From: Blastocatellia bacterium
GTDB taxonomy: Bacteria > Acidobacteriota > Blastocatellia > HR10
DNA: 64,000 nucleotides
Direction of reading: 5' to 3'
Assembly: GCA_035573895.1 (NCBI GenBank)
Contig: DATLZR010000015.1
Span: forward strand, 7,387-71,386
In this document: one piece after another, positions 50,054-60,973 of the stretch
How the letters are laid out: every line of letters starts with the position of its first letter
How positions within the stretch are numbered: position 1 is the stretch's first letter
Notes under the pieces: model-generated
What the model saw: only the letters and a program-made list of their open reading frames with translations
Told to the model about the DNA's origin: nothing
Database searches by the model: none
Translations under genes and position numbers: made by a program

Positions 50054-52951
50054 TCATCGAACCAGAGCATCATAGCTAGCCCGAATTTCGCGTCGGTGCC
50101 GATCGTGGGTCTGTTCCAGTTCCAACGGCGAGGCGTATCCGAGGAACGTCGCCAGATCGGTCAGTGCCGAGCGGTTTGCCGGAAGCGTTTCCGTCGGGCG
50201 GTCGAACAACAGCCGCAGGGCATGATCGAGGCGGCGCAAAAACAAGTAGCCCGCGTAGAGCGCGCCATGATGGGCCTCCGAGAGGACCCCACGCGCCCGA
50301 AGATGATCCAGAAGGGGGAGCGTGCCGCGCTCGTCGGGTTCGCGGATTTGGTGGCGCAATTGCAGGTAGCGCGTGGCGAAGTAGACATCCATCATCCCGC
50401 CGGGACCGAACTTAAAATTCCGGATGGGCTGGGGTCCCCCTTTTTCCCGCTGGAGGCGGTCGCGCATCTCCCGAACATCGGCGACAAGTGACGTCGCGTC
50501 CGTCGGGCGCGGACGCAGGATGAGATCCTGCATTTCTTCATGCACCTGGCGGCCAAAGGCGGCATCTCCCGCCACGGGGAAGGCTTTGACGTAGGCGAGT
50601 CGTTCCCAGGTGGCCGCCCGCGCCTCCAGGTACTGGCGAAACGATGAGAGGGGATGAGCCAGAGGACTGCTCGTGCCGCCCGGCCGCAACCGAAGATCCA
50701 CGCGATAGAGATACCCATCCTGCGTGATCGTCGAGAGAATGTGAATCACCAGAGCTACCAGCCGCGCGTAGGCTTCCTGTGGCTGGAGATCAGGAAATGG
50801 GCTGGCGCAGCTATCATCGTAGACGACGATCACATCCAGGTCCGACCCGTAATCAACTCCATGATGTCCGAGTCGTCCGAGACCGAGCACGGTGAAGACC
50901 GGCGCGTGTCCGCTTCGACCATAGCGCCGCCAGAGGTCCTCCCGGGCGATCTCGAAAGCGATCTCCAGAGCCGCCGACGCCAGAGCCGATTGCTCCCGAT
51001 TCACCTGCCGCAGCGTGGCCTGACCGGTGATGTCACGATAACCGATCGCCAGGATCTCCCGATACCATCGGCGACGGAGCACGCGCATGCACGCGGCCAG
51101 ATCCGTCGGTCCCCCGGTCAGATCGTCCCGGAACCGACCAAGATAATAATCCCGGTCCCCCGGCGTGCTCTCGCTTTGCGTCGGCAAATGCTCGATGAGC
51201 ATCGGGTTGGCGATGAGAATCTGCGAGAAGAAGTGACTGACGCCGAAAACCTGGAGCAAAGCGGGAAGCAGCGTCGGGATCTCCTCGGCCAGTCGCCGCC
51301 TGGTGTCGGGCAGAACCGTTGCGGCCAACGACTCTGCATAAGCGCTGAGGGTATTCACCGCCCGTTGAGGATTGAGTGCTCGCTCCAATCCCGTCGCAAT
51401 GGCAGTGCGCCAGCGGTCGTGCTGCTTGTGGTGCCGCGGGAAGACAACGGCCAGGGCGTCCAGTGCCCGACGGATCAGCGCCTCTTCTGGTTTCTCCTCC
51501 TCCGTCGGCCCGGGTGGGAGATCATGCGGTTGAAACGAGGTCGGAATTCCTGCCCGTGCATCGCGCGCCGACAGGACTTTCTCCTGAAAGACGGCATCGA
51601 AGATCGCCGCCACGTTCTGCCGATGCCGTTGAAGATCATCGAGAAATCGAGTCGCTTCATCCCCACCATTGTATCCCATGCGACGGGCCAGCAGCCGAAC
51701 CTTCTCCGCTTCGGAAGGAACGGTATGGGTTCTCACCCCGTGCTCCATCTGAAGACGGTGCTCGACCGTGCGCAAGAAGGTATAGGCTTCGGACAGCAGC
51801 ACGCGATCAGTATCGCTGAGAATCCCTTTATCGGCCAGCCGTTGAAGACCGATGAGGATCTGCGGATGACGGACCCAGGGATCGGCCGCTCCATAGAAGA
51901 GCTGAAGGGCCTGGACGATGAATTCAATCTCACGAATGCCGCCGCGACCGAGCTTGACGTCAATGCCCTTGCCCGAGGCTTCGACCTCGTGATCAATTTT
52001 CTCCTTGGACCAACGGATGGCATCGAGGATCTGGTCGAGGGGTTCGGCGCGATAGATCGCATGGCGCACCGCTTCGAGGAAGCGCGCGACGAGCGCGTGG
52101 CTGCCCGCCGCCGCCCGCGCGCGAATGAGCGCCTGTCGCTCCCAGAGATGGGCCTGTCGGTGATAGTACGCGACGGCTTCGTCGAGCGAGACTACGAGAT
52201 CGCCTTCTCGCCCGCGTGGCCGCAGGCGCAGATCAATCCGATAGACAGCGCCGTCGTCGCCCACACCGCTCACGGTTCGCGTGATGCGTTCGGCCAGCTT
52301 GGTGAAGAACTCCTTGTTGGTGATCTCCCCACCGGATGTGACCCCGTTGTGAGAATAGAGGTAGAGCAGATCAATATCGGAGGCATAGTTCAGCTCCTGA
52401 CTCCCCAGTTTCCCCAGGGCGACAATGGCGAAATCGGCCTCGTTGATCCGCCCGCGAGAATCACGAACCTGAGGTCGGCCATAACGGTTCAGCAAATCGC
52501 GCACGCTGTACCAGAGCGCGTGCTGTAGGATCACATCGGCCAGATTGGACAGCTCCAGCGTCGTCTCCGTCAGCGTAGCCAGCCGCAAACAATCGCGCAA
52601 ATAAATGCGCAGCCACTCGCGCCGTTTGAATCCGGCCAGCACGCTCTGCTCGTTCATTTCCGAGTGAACGGCTGCGAACCGGGCAAGCTCTTCAAACAGC
52701 TCTTCCTTCGACTTGATGCGTTCGATGTCCTTCTCGCGCTCGAGCCAGGCGATGTAGTCCCGGCGGGTCAGTATGGTCTCCCCGAGAAAAGGGCTGTGCG
52801 TCGCCAGCACGAGAAGATGCGCCAGGAGCGAGGGATTTTTTCGATATCGGGCGACATCCTCCGGGTGCGCTGCCCTCAGGCGCTCCAGAAAAGCGCGAGC
52901 GCCTTCCGGCGAGGGCAGCCCGGCGATGAAATTCTCCGACAGACGAGGCAT
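50054..52951 (-). CDS. glnE: Bifunctional glutamine synthetase adenylyltransferase/adenylyl-removing enzyme
   Basis: 965 aa. Two nucleotidyltransferase modules (GSQELNYASDIDLLYL... and LGRLGHHGVDYGSDLDVIVVY). Confidence 0.9.
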   Translation of the reverse strand: MPRLSENFIAGLPSPEGARAFLERLRAAHPEDVARYRKNPSLLAHLLVLATHSPFLGETILTRRDYIAWLEREKDIERIKSKEELFEELARFAAVHSEMNEQSVLAGFKRREWLRIYLRDCLRLATLTETTLELSNLADVILQHALWYSVRDLLNRYGRPQVRDSRGRINEADFAIVALGKLGSQELNYASDIDLLYLYSHNGVTSGGEITNKEFFTKLAERITRTVSGVGDDGAVYRIDLRLRPRGREGDLVVSLDEAVAYYHRQAHLWERQALIRARAAAGSHALVARFLEAVRHAIYRAEPLDQILDAIRWSKEKIDHEVEASGKGIDVKLGRGGIREIEFIVQALQLFYGAADPWVRHPQILIGLQRLADKGILSDTDRVLLSEAYTFLRTVEHRLQMEHGVRTHTVPSEAEKVRLLARRMGYNGGDEATRFLDDLQRHRQNVAAIFDAVFQEKVLSARDARAGIPTSFQPHDLPPGPTEEEKPEEALIRRALDALAVVFPRHHKQHDRWRTAIATGLERALNPQRAVNTLSAYAESLAATVLPDTRRRLAEEIPTLLPALLQVFGVSHFFSQILIANPMLIEHLPTQSESTPGDRDYYLGRFRDDLTGGPTDLAACMRVLRRRWYREILAIGYRDITGQATLRQVNREQSALASAALEIAFEIAREDLWRRYGRSGHAPVFTVLGLGRLGHHGVDYGSDLDVIVVYDDSCASPFPDLQPQEAYARLVALVIHILSTITQDGYLYRVDLRLRPGGTSSPLAHPLSSFRQYLEARAATWERLAYVKAFPVAGDAAFGRQVHEEMQDLILRPRPTDATSLVADVREMRDRLQREKGGPQPIRNFKFGPGGMMDVYFATRYLQLRHQIREPDERGTLPLLDHLRARGVLSEAHHGALYAGYLFLRRLDHALRLLFDRPTETLPANRSALTDLATFLGYASPLELEQTHDRHRREIRASYDALVR

Positions 52952-53113
52952 CGCTGTCTCTCAGGGGAACCAAACTATCACACTTTTGGCGGCCCTTTCA
53001 AATCGCCGCTGCTCCAGCCATTGTCGGTCTCCGGAACGAGGGTCCGGGCGCTCCCCTGCTACCGATATCGGTCGCTTCCCAAATGACAACAATCGGTGTA
53101 GTCTGTTGCTGTC

Positions 53114-54115
53114 ATGACCGAAGATGTTCGGGTGATCACCGTCAATGCCACGGAGGTCGGCGAGCGGCTCGATCAGTATCTCGCGCGAAAAGTCCTCACG
53201 CTCAGCCGCACGCGCCTGAAAAACCTCATCGCTGACCAGAGCGTGCTGGTGAACGATCAGCCGGTGAAACCGAGCTATCGCGTTCGTTCGGGAGACATCA
53301 TTGAAATCGAGCTTCCGCCGCCTCCCGTCCTGGAGTTGATTCCGGAGCCGCTACCTCTGGACATCGTTTACGAAGACGATGACCTGATCGTCATCAACAA
53401 GCCAGCGGGCATGGTTGTTCATCCGGGCGCGGGTGTGAACCGGGGGACGCTGGCCAATGCTCTCGCTTACTACTTCCAACAGCTTCCCCGGGCCGGCGGG
53501 GGAATCCGTCCGGGAATCGTTCACCGGCTCGATAAAGAGACATCGGGGTTGATGGTCGTCGCGAAAAGCGATCTCGCTCACGAGCGATTAGCCGAACAGT
53601 TGCAGCACCGTCAGGTTCAGAAGCTCTATCAGGCTCTGGTCATCGGCCAGGTGGGACCCGTCGGGCATCGGGGGCGGGTGGATCAACCCATTGGCCGTCA
53701 TCCCAGACACCGCACGATGATGGCCGTGCGACCCCGGGGAAAAGGTCGTGAGGCTCTCACCCTTTATCGGGTGGTGGAGCTGATCGGCGAGTTCTCCCTG
53801 CTGGAGATCGAGATCAAGACCGGGCGCACCCATCAGATTCGCGTGCATATGGCCTGGTTGGGATTCCCCGTCGTCGGCGATGCCGTCTATGGACGAGATC
53901 GGCTGACCCGAATCAAGTCGCCGGAGGTGCGACGAGCCGTTGACGCTCTTGGCCGCCATTTTCTTCACGCGACCCGACTGCACTTCGCTCATCCCCGCAC
54001 TGGCGCTCCCCTCGAATTCGCATCTCCTTTGCCGAGAGAGCTGGAAACCTTTCTCGCTTATCTTCGAGAACACGCCTGCTCACGGCCTCAGGTCGTACCG
54101 GGCATGAGGACCTGA
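53114..54115 (+). CDS. rluD: 23S rRNA pseudouridine synthase, RluA family with N-terminal S4 domain (RluD-like)
   Basis: 333 aa. S4 RNA-binding N-terminus, catalytic HRLDKETSGLMVVAKS. Confidence 0.8.
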   Translation: MTEDVRVITVNATEVGERLDQYLARKVLTLSRTRLKNLIADQSVLVNDQPVKPSYRVRSGDIIEIELPPPPVLELIPEPLPLDIVYEDDDLIVINKPAGMVVHPGAGVNRGTLANALAYYFQQLPRAGGGIRPGIVHRLDKETSGLMVVAKSDLAHERLAEQLQHRQVQKLYQALVIGQVGPVGHRGRVDQPIGRHPRHRTMMAVRPRGKGREALTLYRVVELIGEFSLLEIEIKTGRTHQIRVHMAWLGFPVVGDAVYGRDRLTRIKSPEVRRAVDALGRHFLHATRLHFAHPRTGAPLEFASPLPRELETFLAYLREHACSRPQVVPGMRT

Positions 54116-54151
54116 TCCGACCAGAGGAGCACCTCGCTCGATCTGCACTCC

Positions 54152-55762
54152 TTAATATCGCACGCTCCCCAGCACGAGGAAAACATAGAGGTAGAAAAAG
54201 ACGACGATGAAAATCCAGGTAACAAGATCAAGAGCGATCCCCGCCTTCAACATATCGCGCAGACTCACCCGGTGAGTGGCGTACACCAGGGCATTCGGCG
54301 GAGTGGCCACCGGGAGCATGAAGGCCATTGAAGCCGCAAAGGTAGCGGGAATCGCCAGCGATGCGGCATCAACGCCCAGGCCCGACGAGATGGAGATCAA
54401 AATCGGCACCATCATTGTGGTGACGGCTGTATTGGAGGTCACTTCGGTCAACAACTCCATGAAGATCACGACGATGATGACGAGCACCAGAGGTGAAGGC
54501 CATCCGAAGAGATTGATGAATCCGGACGCGAGAACCTGCGCCAGCCCGGTCTTAAACATCGCATCCGAAAGCGCAAGTCCTCCGCCAAAAAGAAGGAGCG
54601 TTCCCCAATCAACGTATCGGGCGTCGCTCCAATCGAGGACGAACTGTCGCTTCGACCAGTCCACCGGACTGAGAAAGAGAATCAAAGCCGCGAACAACGC
54701 AATGATGTATTCGTCGAACCAGGCCAGCCGCTGCCCCAGGCCAGGAACGTAGGGCCATAGGGGATTCGTCGTCCAGAGAATGACGGCCACGAGGAATCCC
54801 GCGAGCGTCAACTTCTCCCCTCGGGACAACGGTCCCAGCTCTCGCTTCTCTCGTTCCAGAAGAGACCGAACATCCGGCCCGAGCGTGATATCGAAGGGGA
54901 AAACGAGACGCAGTACCAACCAGGCCAGCGGGAGGCAGAGAAAAACGAAAGGCGCACCAAAAGCCATCCAGCGAAGAAAGCTGATGTCGGCAAGTCCTGC
55001 GGCCCGTAAAATCGAAACGGCGATTCCGTTGGGCGGCGTTCCGATGATCGTTCCCACCCCTCCAATGGATGCGGCGTAGGCGATGCCGAGCAGTAACGCC
55101 CGAGCAAACGACGATCGGTGATGACCGACATTGAGCCGCGCGAGAATCCCCAATCCGATGGGGAGCATCATCGCCGTGGTGGCCGTGTTGGAGACCCACA
55201 TCGAGACGAGGGCCGAGGCCAGCATCATCCCCGCGAGAATGCGACCCGGACTTTCGGCCACCCCGGGCCGGGTCAAGACCCAGAGGGCGATGCGCCTGTC
55301 CAGCCCCCATTTCTGCATCCCACCGGCAATCAAAAACCCGGCGAAGAAAAGGAAGATCACCGGATTGGCATAGTGGGCCAGCACATTCCTCCCGTTCAGC
55401 TCAACGAAACGCCCGTCCTGAAATCCATAGGTGTGGAAAAGCGGCAGGAGAATTCCGGGCAGAAGCGACGTCACCGGAATGGGAACAGCTTCGCTGATCC
55501 ACCAGATGATCATCAACAACATCAGCGCCAGCGTCACCTTGAGACTGAACACAAGCTGCATGACCTCCGGCGTCACCTGCGACACACCGAGCTGTGCCTG
55601 AGCGAATTGCACAAAAGCTCCCGGTGGGGGAAGCACAATCACGAGAAGAAAAACCAACGGTCCGAGAAAGAATCCCAGACCCGACCGTATGCGCTCAAAC
55701 CGCATTTCGCTCGCTGATTTCTCCGGCTCCAGGACCGGTGTCGGATTCTCCTTTGGCAACAT
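54152..55762 (-). CDS. DASS/SLC13-family anion (di/tricarboxylate or sulfate):Na+ symporter
   Basis: 536 aa, polytopic. Duplicated hairpin-loop SNT/ATTAMM-type motifs typical of the CitT/NadC/ArsB superfamily. Confidence 0.7.
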   Translation of the reverse strand: MLPKENPTPVLEPEKSASEMRFERIRSGLGFFLGPLVFLLVIVLPPPGAFVQFAQAQLGVSQVTPEVMQLVFSLKVTLALMLLMIIWWISEAVPIPVTSLLPGILLPLFHTYGFQDGRFVELNGRNVLAHYANPVIFLFFAGFLIAGGMQKWGLDRRIALWVLTRPGVAESPGRILAGMMLASALVSMWVSNTATTAMMLPIGLGILARLNVGHHRSSFARALLLGIAYAASIGGVGTIIGTPPNGIAVSILRAAGLADISFLRWMAFGAPFVFLCLPLAWLVLRLVFPFDITLGPDVRSLLEREKRELGPLSRGEKLTLAGFLVAVILWTTNPLWPYVPGLGQRLAWFDEYIIALFAALILFLSPVDWSKRQFVLDWSDARYVDWGTLLLFGGGLALSDAMFKTGLAQVLASGFINLFGWPSPLVLVIIVVIFMELLTEVTSNTAVTTMMVPILISISSGLGVDAASLAIPATFAASMAFMLPVATPPNALVYATHRVSLRDMLKAGIALDLVTWIFIVVFFYLYVFLVLGSVRY

Positions 55763-55996
55763 GGCGGCAAATTGTATGAATCCCTTCCGGTCAAGTCAAA
55801 ACAATGACGGCCGTTCACCCTAAGGGAGATGCGCTATAGCCCCGGTCAAGGAGAGGGCAGCGATGAAAAACGGCAGAATGAATCAGACCGGCAAAACGAG
55901 TCCAGGCAATGAATCCGTAGCGCCGGAGGAGGTCGTCTGAGGTCCTCCGCCATCCCGGTGTGCGTCTTTGGCCGTACTCGCCCCACAGGAACCGCA

Positions 55997-58705
55997 TCAT
56001 CGAGAGTTCGCCTGATCCAGAGCGCGTAGTGCAAAAGGCAACCCGTATGCATGAGTCCAGCCGAACACGCGGAGCCCATTGGTCAAACTCCAGAGGGGAC
56101 GGCTGCCGTCCGGATTCCGGGGGAGATGACTGACTCTCTCCAGGGCCTGAAACAGCTCCCGTTGAGTCCACGAACCGGTGATGGGTCGAGGCAGCTCATC
56201 GGTCTTCATCACTTCGATTCGCCTCTTGATCTCGTCGAGAAAGCTCGCGTCGCCGGTCAGATCGTAGCCGATAACAAGACTGTGAAGCGAAGCGAGATAT
56301 GATTCCAGGCGGTGGCCGAGCACCGGAACATCGCGCACCCGGCGGGCGTGACGAATGAGCGCCGCCCGAACTCTCCTGTCGCCCGTCAGTTCCAGATATT
56401 TAGCCAGTCCGAGACTGACGTAGACCTGGGCATAGCCGTAGCGATCCATGACAAGGCTATCGCCCTGCTCCCGTTGTTGCAGCCGCAGCATCCGATCAAT
56501 TCGATCGTCGAGTTCTCGCCGGTAGCGATCGTCCTTAGTGGCATCCCAGACTTCGACCAGATTCCACACCGACAGATAGAGTCGGCGTCCGGTCAGATCG
56601 TGTTCCCCCCAGATGCGCTTGAGATAGGTTTCCGCCGTTTGAATGGCGACCTCTAAGCCCCGGTGATCCGCCGTCAGGTAATAGTCGGCCAGCCAGCCGG
56701 CCACCCAGACATGAGCGCTCAGCGCCCGCGACCAATGCTGCATGCCATGACGCCGACCGATGCCCAGATAGGGTGTGCCGCGCGGCAGGGTGAGCGTTTT
56801 CCAGTAGTCAATGGCCAGATTGGTATCACCATAGTATTTCGGATCCGTGGGCCAGTGAGTGTTGTCCACATCCATCGAATGGTGGCTCATCGCTTCCGCC
56901 GCCAGGGCGTAGCGACGATCCCCCGTGCGCAGGAACTGAAGCCAGACCATGAAATCAACAGCCGGTTCGTTGCACACCCAGAGGTCCCACTTCTCGCCGT
57001 CGAAGTTATATTTCCCATCGCCGAAATCGAACATGCCATACCAGGGCACCCAGCGCTGATTGAACAACCACCACTCGTACTTATAATCGAGCGCCCGTTC
57101 CCATGGCAGGAATTTCTCCGAGCGGGGGGCGAAACGGCCATAGACCAGACTCTCCGCATACCAGGAGGGATCGGCATGAACCACGGGAGGATCGAGGACG
57201 TAGCTCATGATGCCGGCGATCTCCTGGGGCGAGACGGTGGCCCGATGGAAGGAGAAAATCAACTCGCTCGTCTTCGCCGTTCCCTGCGCCCAATTTTCCA
57301 CCGTGCCTTCAGCCCCGTCCTCGTACTCCAGATCGCTCGACCAGCGAGCAAAACTCATCGGCTCGACGCGAGGCGACCACAAGAACGCCGTGACGCGATG
57401 GGACGGGGGCTCCAGGCGAATTTCCTTGGGATACTCTTCCAGGAAATGACGGATGCCGACGGCCATGCCCCAACGGTCATCAGAGACGGTGAACCAGCCC
57501 TCCGCCCGCTCCGCGGTTACGAGAGGGTGATCATCGGCCAGAAGATGGGCGAAGAATCCTTCGAGCCGTTGGTCGGGAGAGGATTGGGGCACCGGGGGCA
57601 GGCGCGTCGGTTTCGGCCCCGATTGCACGAGGGAGATGCTTCGCTCATCGGCCACGTCACGCGTCACAGGACGAGATCGCCCTTCTTCCCACCAGCGACC
57701 TTCGCGATACGCGGTGAGGACGCGCCGTCGCCCCATCAGTCTCAGATCGAGCGCCAGTCCTGCCGCAGCAATACGGTCGTTCGGCTGCATCCAGCCGGGG
57801 TCACCCGCTTCCTCGGCGGCGATCTTCTCGGCCTGTGTCGCGATGTGTGCGTGCTCGCCCTCACGCCGCCGATGCTTGTCCGGAACGCCGGTGTAAATGA
57901 ATGTGTGACGCACGCGAAGGTAGGATTTCCCGGCAAAAGCATCAATCCGCGTCACAAACGGAGCCGGATTGTTATCGGCGCGACCGTAGCGATACTCGCC
58001 CTCAATGCGGAGGATGGCATGCAGGGGTCCCGATCCCTTCTCCACTACCGTGCGCGTCACCACCGCCCGCGAGGGATCGAGTCCGGCGTCATCGAGCAGA
58101 TCGAGGAACGATCCTCGCCCCGTCGGACTCTCCGCCACCACATCCGAGGCCTCGAATCCGTCACCCTCAAGGTCCAGTTCCACACGATTCAGGAATCCGC
58201 CCTCCCCCTTCCTGATGACGAAATGCAGCGGCCCCGTCGTCACATCAACGAAACCACGTTCACCCTGGTTATTGATGACGGTCAGCCGTTGAGCAGGAGC
58301 GACCGACCGACGAACCCCTGCACCGTATTCCACCGTGTAGCGAGTGGATGATCCGGCGAAAAAGAAAATCCACAACCACTTGATGCTCGGATCGGCAGGC
58401 TCCCAGGTCGTGACTTCAGTCGTTTGACAGGGAATCTCCTGACCCTCCGGTGTCAGCAGGCGAACCTGATCGGGCGAGTGAAGCACTCCTCGGGGAAACG
58501 GAATTCCAAAAACAAGAGGCGCCCCCTCGCGCGAATGCTCGACATGGATGGTCAGACGGTGCACCTCTTGAGGGCGTGCACCGACAAGCGACAGCGACAG
58601 CTCTACAGCGAGGACTCCCGCACACCACACCTTGATGCTTGACAGCTTTGAAAACATGGAAAGATTATGCACAGGCTGACACGGGGCGTCAAAAATTCGC
58701 CCCAT
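55997..58705 (-). CDS. Large secreted hypothetical protein (902 aa), possibly a carbohydrate-active alpha/alpha-toroid enzyme
   Basis: Long uninterrupted ORF with a signal-like N-terminus (MFSKLSSIKVWCAGVLAVELSLSLVGA, from the ATG at 58657). Trp/Tyr-rich acidic patches (WYGMFDFGDGKYNFDGEKWDLWVCNEP). I do not recognise the family. Confidence 0.5.
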   Translation of the reverse strand: MGRIFDAPCQPVHNLSMFSKLSSIKVWCAGVLAVELSLSLVGARPQEVHRLTIHVEHSREGAPLVFGIPFPRGVLHSPDQVRLLTPEGQEIPCQTTEVTTWEPADPSIKWLWIFFFAGSSTRYTVEYGAGVRRSVAPAQRLTVINNQGERGFVDVTTGPLHFVIRKGEGGFLNRVELDLEGDGFEASDVVAESPTGRGSFLDLLDDAGLDPSRAVVTRTVVEKGSGPLHAILRIEGEYRYGRADNNPAPFVTRIDAFAGKSYLRVRHTFIYTGVPDKHRRREGEHAHIATQAEKIAAEEAGDPGWMQPNDRIAAAGLALDLRLMGRRRVLTAYREGRWWEEGRSRPVTRDVADERSISLVQSGPKPTRLPPVPQSSPDQRLEGFFAHLLADDHPLVTAERAEGWFTVSDDRWGMAVGIRHFLEEYPKEIRLEPPSHRVTAFLWSPRVEPMSFARWSSDLEYEDGAEGTVENWAQGTAKTSELIFSFHRATVSPQEIAGIMSYVLDPPVVHADPSWYAESLVYGRFAPRSEKFLPWERALDYKYEWWLFNQRWVPWYGMFDFGDGKYNFDGEKWDLWVCNEPAVDFMVWLQFLRTGDRRYALAAEAMSHHSMDVDNTHWPTDPKYYGDTNLAIDYWKTLTLPRGTPYLGIGRRHGMQHWSRALSAHVWVAGWLADYYLTADHRGLEVAIQTAETYLKRIWGEHDLTGRRLYLSVWNLVEVWDATKDDRYRRELDDRIDRMLRLQQREQGDSLVMDRYGYAQVYVSLGLAKYLELTGDRRVRAALIRHARRVRDVPVLGHRLESYLASLHSLVIGYDLTGDASFLDEIKRRIEVMKTDELPRPITGSWTQRELFQALERVSHLPRNPDGSRPLWSLTNGLRVFGWTHAYGLPFALRALDQANSR

Positions 58706-59092
58706 CAGAATCCACGCTTTGCGAAAGAATAACTCGCCGCAGGGCTTTTCGGCCCGCCGCCGATGGAGGACCTCCTGGACGGGACTCGTGCAGAGAGTGG
58801 CTTAAGTCCCTTCCTTTGATCCACTACATCGCTGCGTGTATCATAAGCCCTTGTGGCGCAGGGAATCACATCACGGCAGCGGGTGGCTCTGCTTTGACCT
58901 CTCACTTGTGATCGTGCTCAGAGTCGTTTGTTCTCCAGATGGAGATCTTCAAAAGCCCCCGATGATGGGAGTCGGACGGAGTATCCCGCAGCCCTACAAA
59001 GCGATATACCGGTCGGCCGGATGGGCTACACGGGTCTTTAACTGATCGGCAGAAAAAAGGAAGCGATCCGAAACACGCCTTCCAGGGACTCC

Positions 59093-59797
59093 GTGAGAGC
59101 GGCATTGAGCGCCTTCACCGAACGATTGGTGTCCAGCCCGCTCGGCAAGCAGGTCATGAAGATCGTTCTTTTTGGGAGCCACGCTAAGGGAACAGCCCGG
59201 CAATACAGCGATCTCGATGTCTTGATCGTCGCCAATAACGGGCAAGAGCTGTCAGATTTGATTGCCGACCTCGCCTTTGAGATTCAGATGGAGTATCAGG
59301 TCGGTCTCGAACCTATAACCATCTCTCTTGACGATCTGTTCCCTGTGCGATCGTACTTTGTCTTTAATGCCCTACGCCATGGACGGGAGGTGTACGCAGT
59401 GGCTCATGAAGAGCCGAAGAAAGAGGAGCGGAAGAACCTCATTGCTCTGACCGAGGAATATCTGACTGCCGCCGAACACGCGGCAGCCAGTGGGTATTGG
59501 AGACTGGCCGTAGATGCTGCTTATAATGCAGCGGAACTTGCCCTTAAGCCTCTCATCTTAAAACGGGGTGACGACTTTCCCGGTCCTCACGGGGGGCTTG
59601 TCAGCAGGTTTGGTGAGCTATACGTCAAACCGGGAATCTCTGAGAAAACGCTCGGGCCCAAGTTAAATCAAGCCCCGGAGAAACGAAACCAGGCGAGGTA
59701 TAAATACCAGGCCATCATCAACCAGGATGATGCTCGCACCGTAATCGAGCTGGCCTGGAAATTGAAAGAGCTGGCGGAAAAAGAGCTTTCCGATTGA
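59093..59797 (+). CDS. Fused minimal nucleotidyltransferase (MNT)-HEPN domain protein
   Basis: 234 aa. LFGSHAKGTARQYSDLDVLIV is the GSx9-13Dx[DE] NTase signature. The C-terminal helical region resembles HEPN. The gene sits in a lower-GC (about 50%) segment. Confidence 0.7.
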   Translation: MRAALSAFTERLVSSPLGKQVMKIVLFGSHAKGTARQYSDLDVLIVANNGQELSDLIADLAFEIQMEYQVGLEPITISLDDLFPVRSYFVFNALRHGREVYAVAHEEPKKEERKNLIALTEEYLTAAEHAAASGYWRLAVDAAYNAAELALKPLILKRGDDFPGPHGGLVSRFGELYVKPGISEKTLGPKLNQAPEKRNQARYKYQAIINQDDARTVIELAWKLKELAEKELSD

Positions 59798-60073
59798 GAG
59801 CAGAGCAAGCCCTCCAAAGTCAGCACCCCGTTGCAAGCAGGGTCCCGGTTAGTAATCCCGTGTGACTACCGTTGCCCGGCTTTATCCCTAGAATCCATCT
59901 CAAATGGTGGGCCGTTCTCTCCAGAGGGGCTCCGAAAAGCGCGCAAGCAGCGCCCGATGGTAGCCGCACGATTTCAGCCTCGACTATGGGGAGAGAATAC
60001 GGCCCAGTTTTAAAACGATCGCGGATTCTTTCCCCTTTGACCGGTTCAGGAGACATTTCTAAAATCACACATC

Positions 60074-60844
60074 GTGGCCGGACGAACTTGGGAACCAAGC
60101 GAGATCGAGCGCCCTCGATTCACCGTAATTGCGGGCAGCGGTTTTCGCCCGGAATTTTTCGATTTTGATCGAGGGATCCGGGTGGGAAATCTCGAACCCC
60201 ATGAGCGCATCACCCAGATTCTCAAACGGGCCCTCGAATCGGCTTTCGGCCAAACCTTCACCACCGTGCGTTGGGGACGGGGCGTCTACTGGCAATGGAT
60301 CGGATTCTTTCCTCAGGCCAATCGCTTGGCCAAACCTCTGTCACACCACGTCAGCTTTGGCTGCGCTAAATACTTCATCTCCCTGGAACGAGACGACAAC
60401 TGTGTCAAAGCCGGAATGCAGGTTGAACGGGGATACCTTCGGGCCCCGCGCCAATACCCGGAATGCAGACTCCGTGAGGATTGGGATTGGCACCGGCTCC
60501 TCGCTCAGTTGAGATCGGGAAGCGAATTAGATCATCTCCTCCGTCAGCTCGTCACCGTGGATGGATTCCACATTTACGCCGGGGGCTGGCCCGACGGTGA
60601 GGAACTGACGGCTGCCCGATTCACCGGAGCGACGCAGGTGCGCCGATTACTTCTGTCAGCCCCTTCCACCCAATGGGGTGGATTTCAACTCTACTATCCA
60701 ATGACCCAGAATGACGTTCGTTCGATGACCGGATACGAGATCGTCGAGTCCATCCTGGCTATCTTTGGTGAAGTCACTCCGGTTTTGAATCGCTGCATGC
60801 AAATTCGCCTCCAGCCGTGCTCCCGGCACGGAGGAGGCGACTGA
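60074..60844 (+). CDS. Hypothetical protein (256 aa), no recognisable domain
   Basis: Clean ORF downstream of the MNT-HEPN gene, about 55% GC. Confidence 0.45.
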   Translation: MAGRTWEPSEIERPRFTVIAGSGFRPEFFDFDRGIRVGNLEPHERITQILKRALESAFGQTFTTVRWGRGVYWQWIGFFPQANRLAKPLSHHVSFGCAKYFISLERDDNCVKAGMQVERGYLRAPRQYPECRLREDWDWHRLLAQLRSGSELDHLLRQLVTVDGFHIYAGGWPDGEELTAARFTGATQVRRLLLSAPSTQWGGFQLYYPMTQNDVRSMTGYEIVESILAIFGEVTPVLNRCMQIRLQPCSRHGGGD

Positions 60845-60890
60845 ACGCCATCCCAGGTTTCCAACCGTGTTGAGGACAGACGAAAGGATC

Positions 60891-60924
60891 CCCTTCCTCG
60901 CGCCTGGTTTGAGGCGAGGAAGGG
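60891..60924. terminator. Strong GC-rich hairpin between convergent genes (likely bidirectional terminator, no clear U-tract)
   Basis: CCCTTCCTCGCGCC ... GGCGAGGAAGGG 11-12-bp stem. A second weaker GGGAGAAGAG/CTCTCTCCC hairpin follows. Confidence 0.35.
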
Positions 60925-60973
60925 AGAAGAGATAGCCCTCTCTCCCTCCTCGGGGAAACTTCGTCAAACCTCG

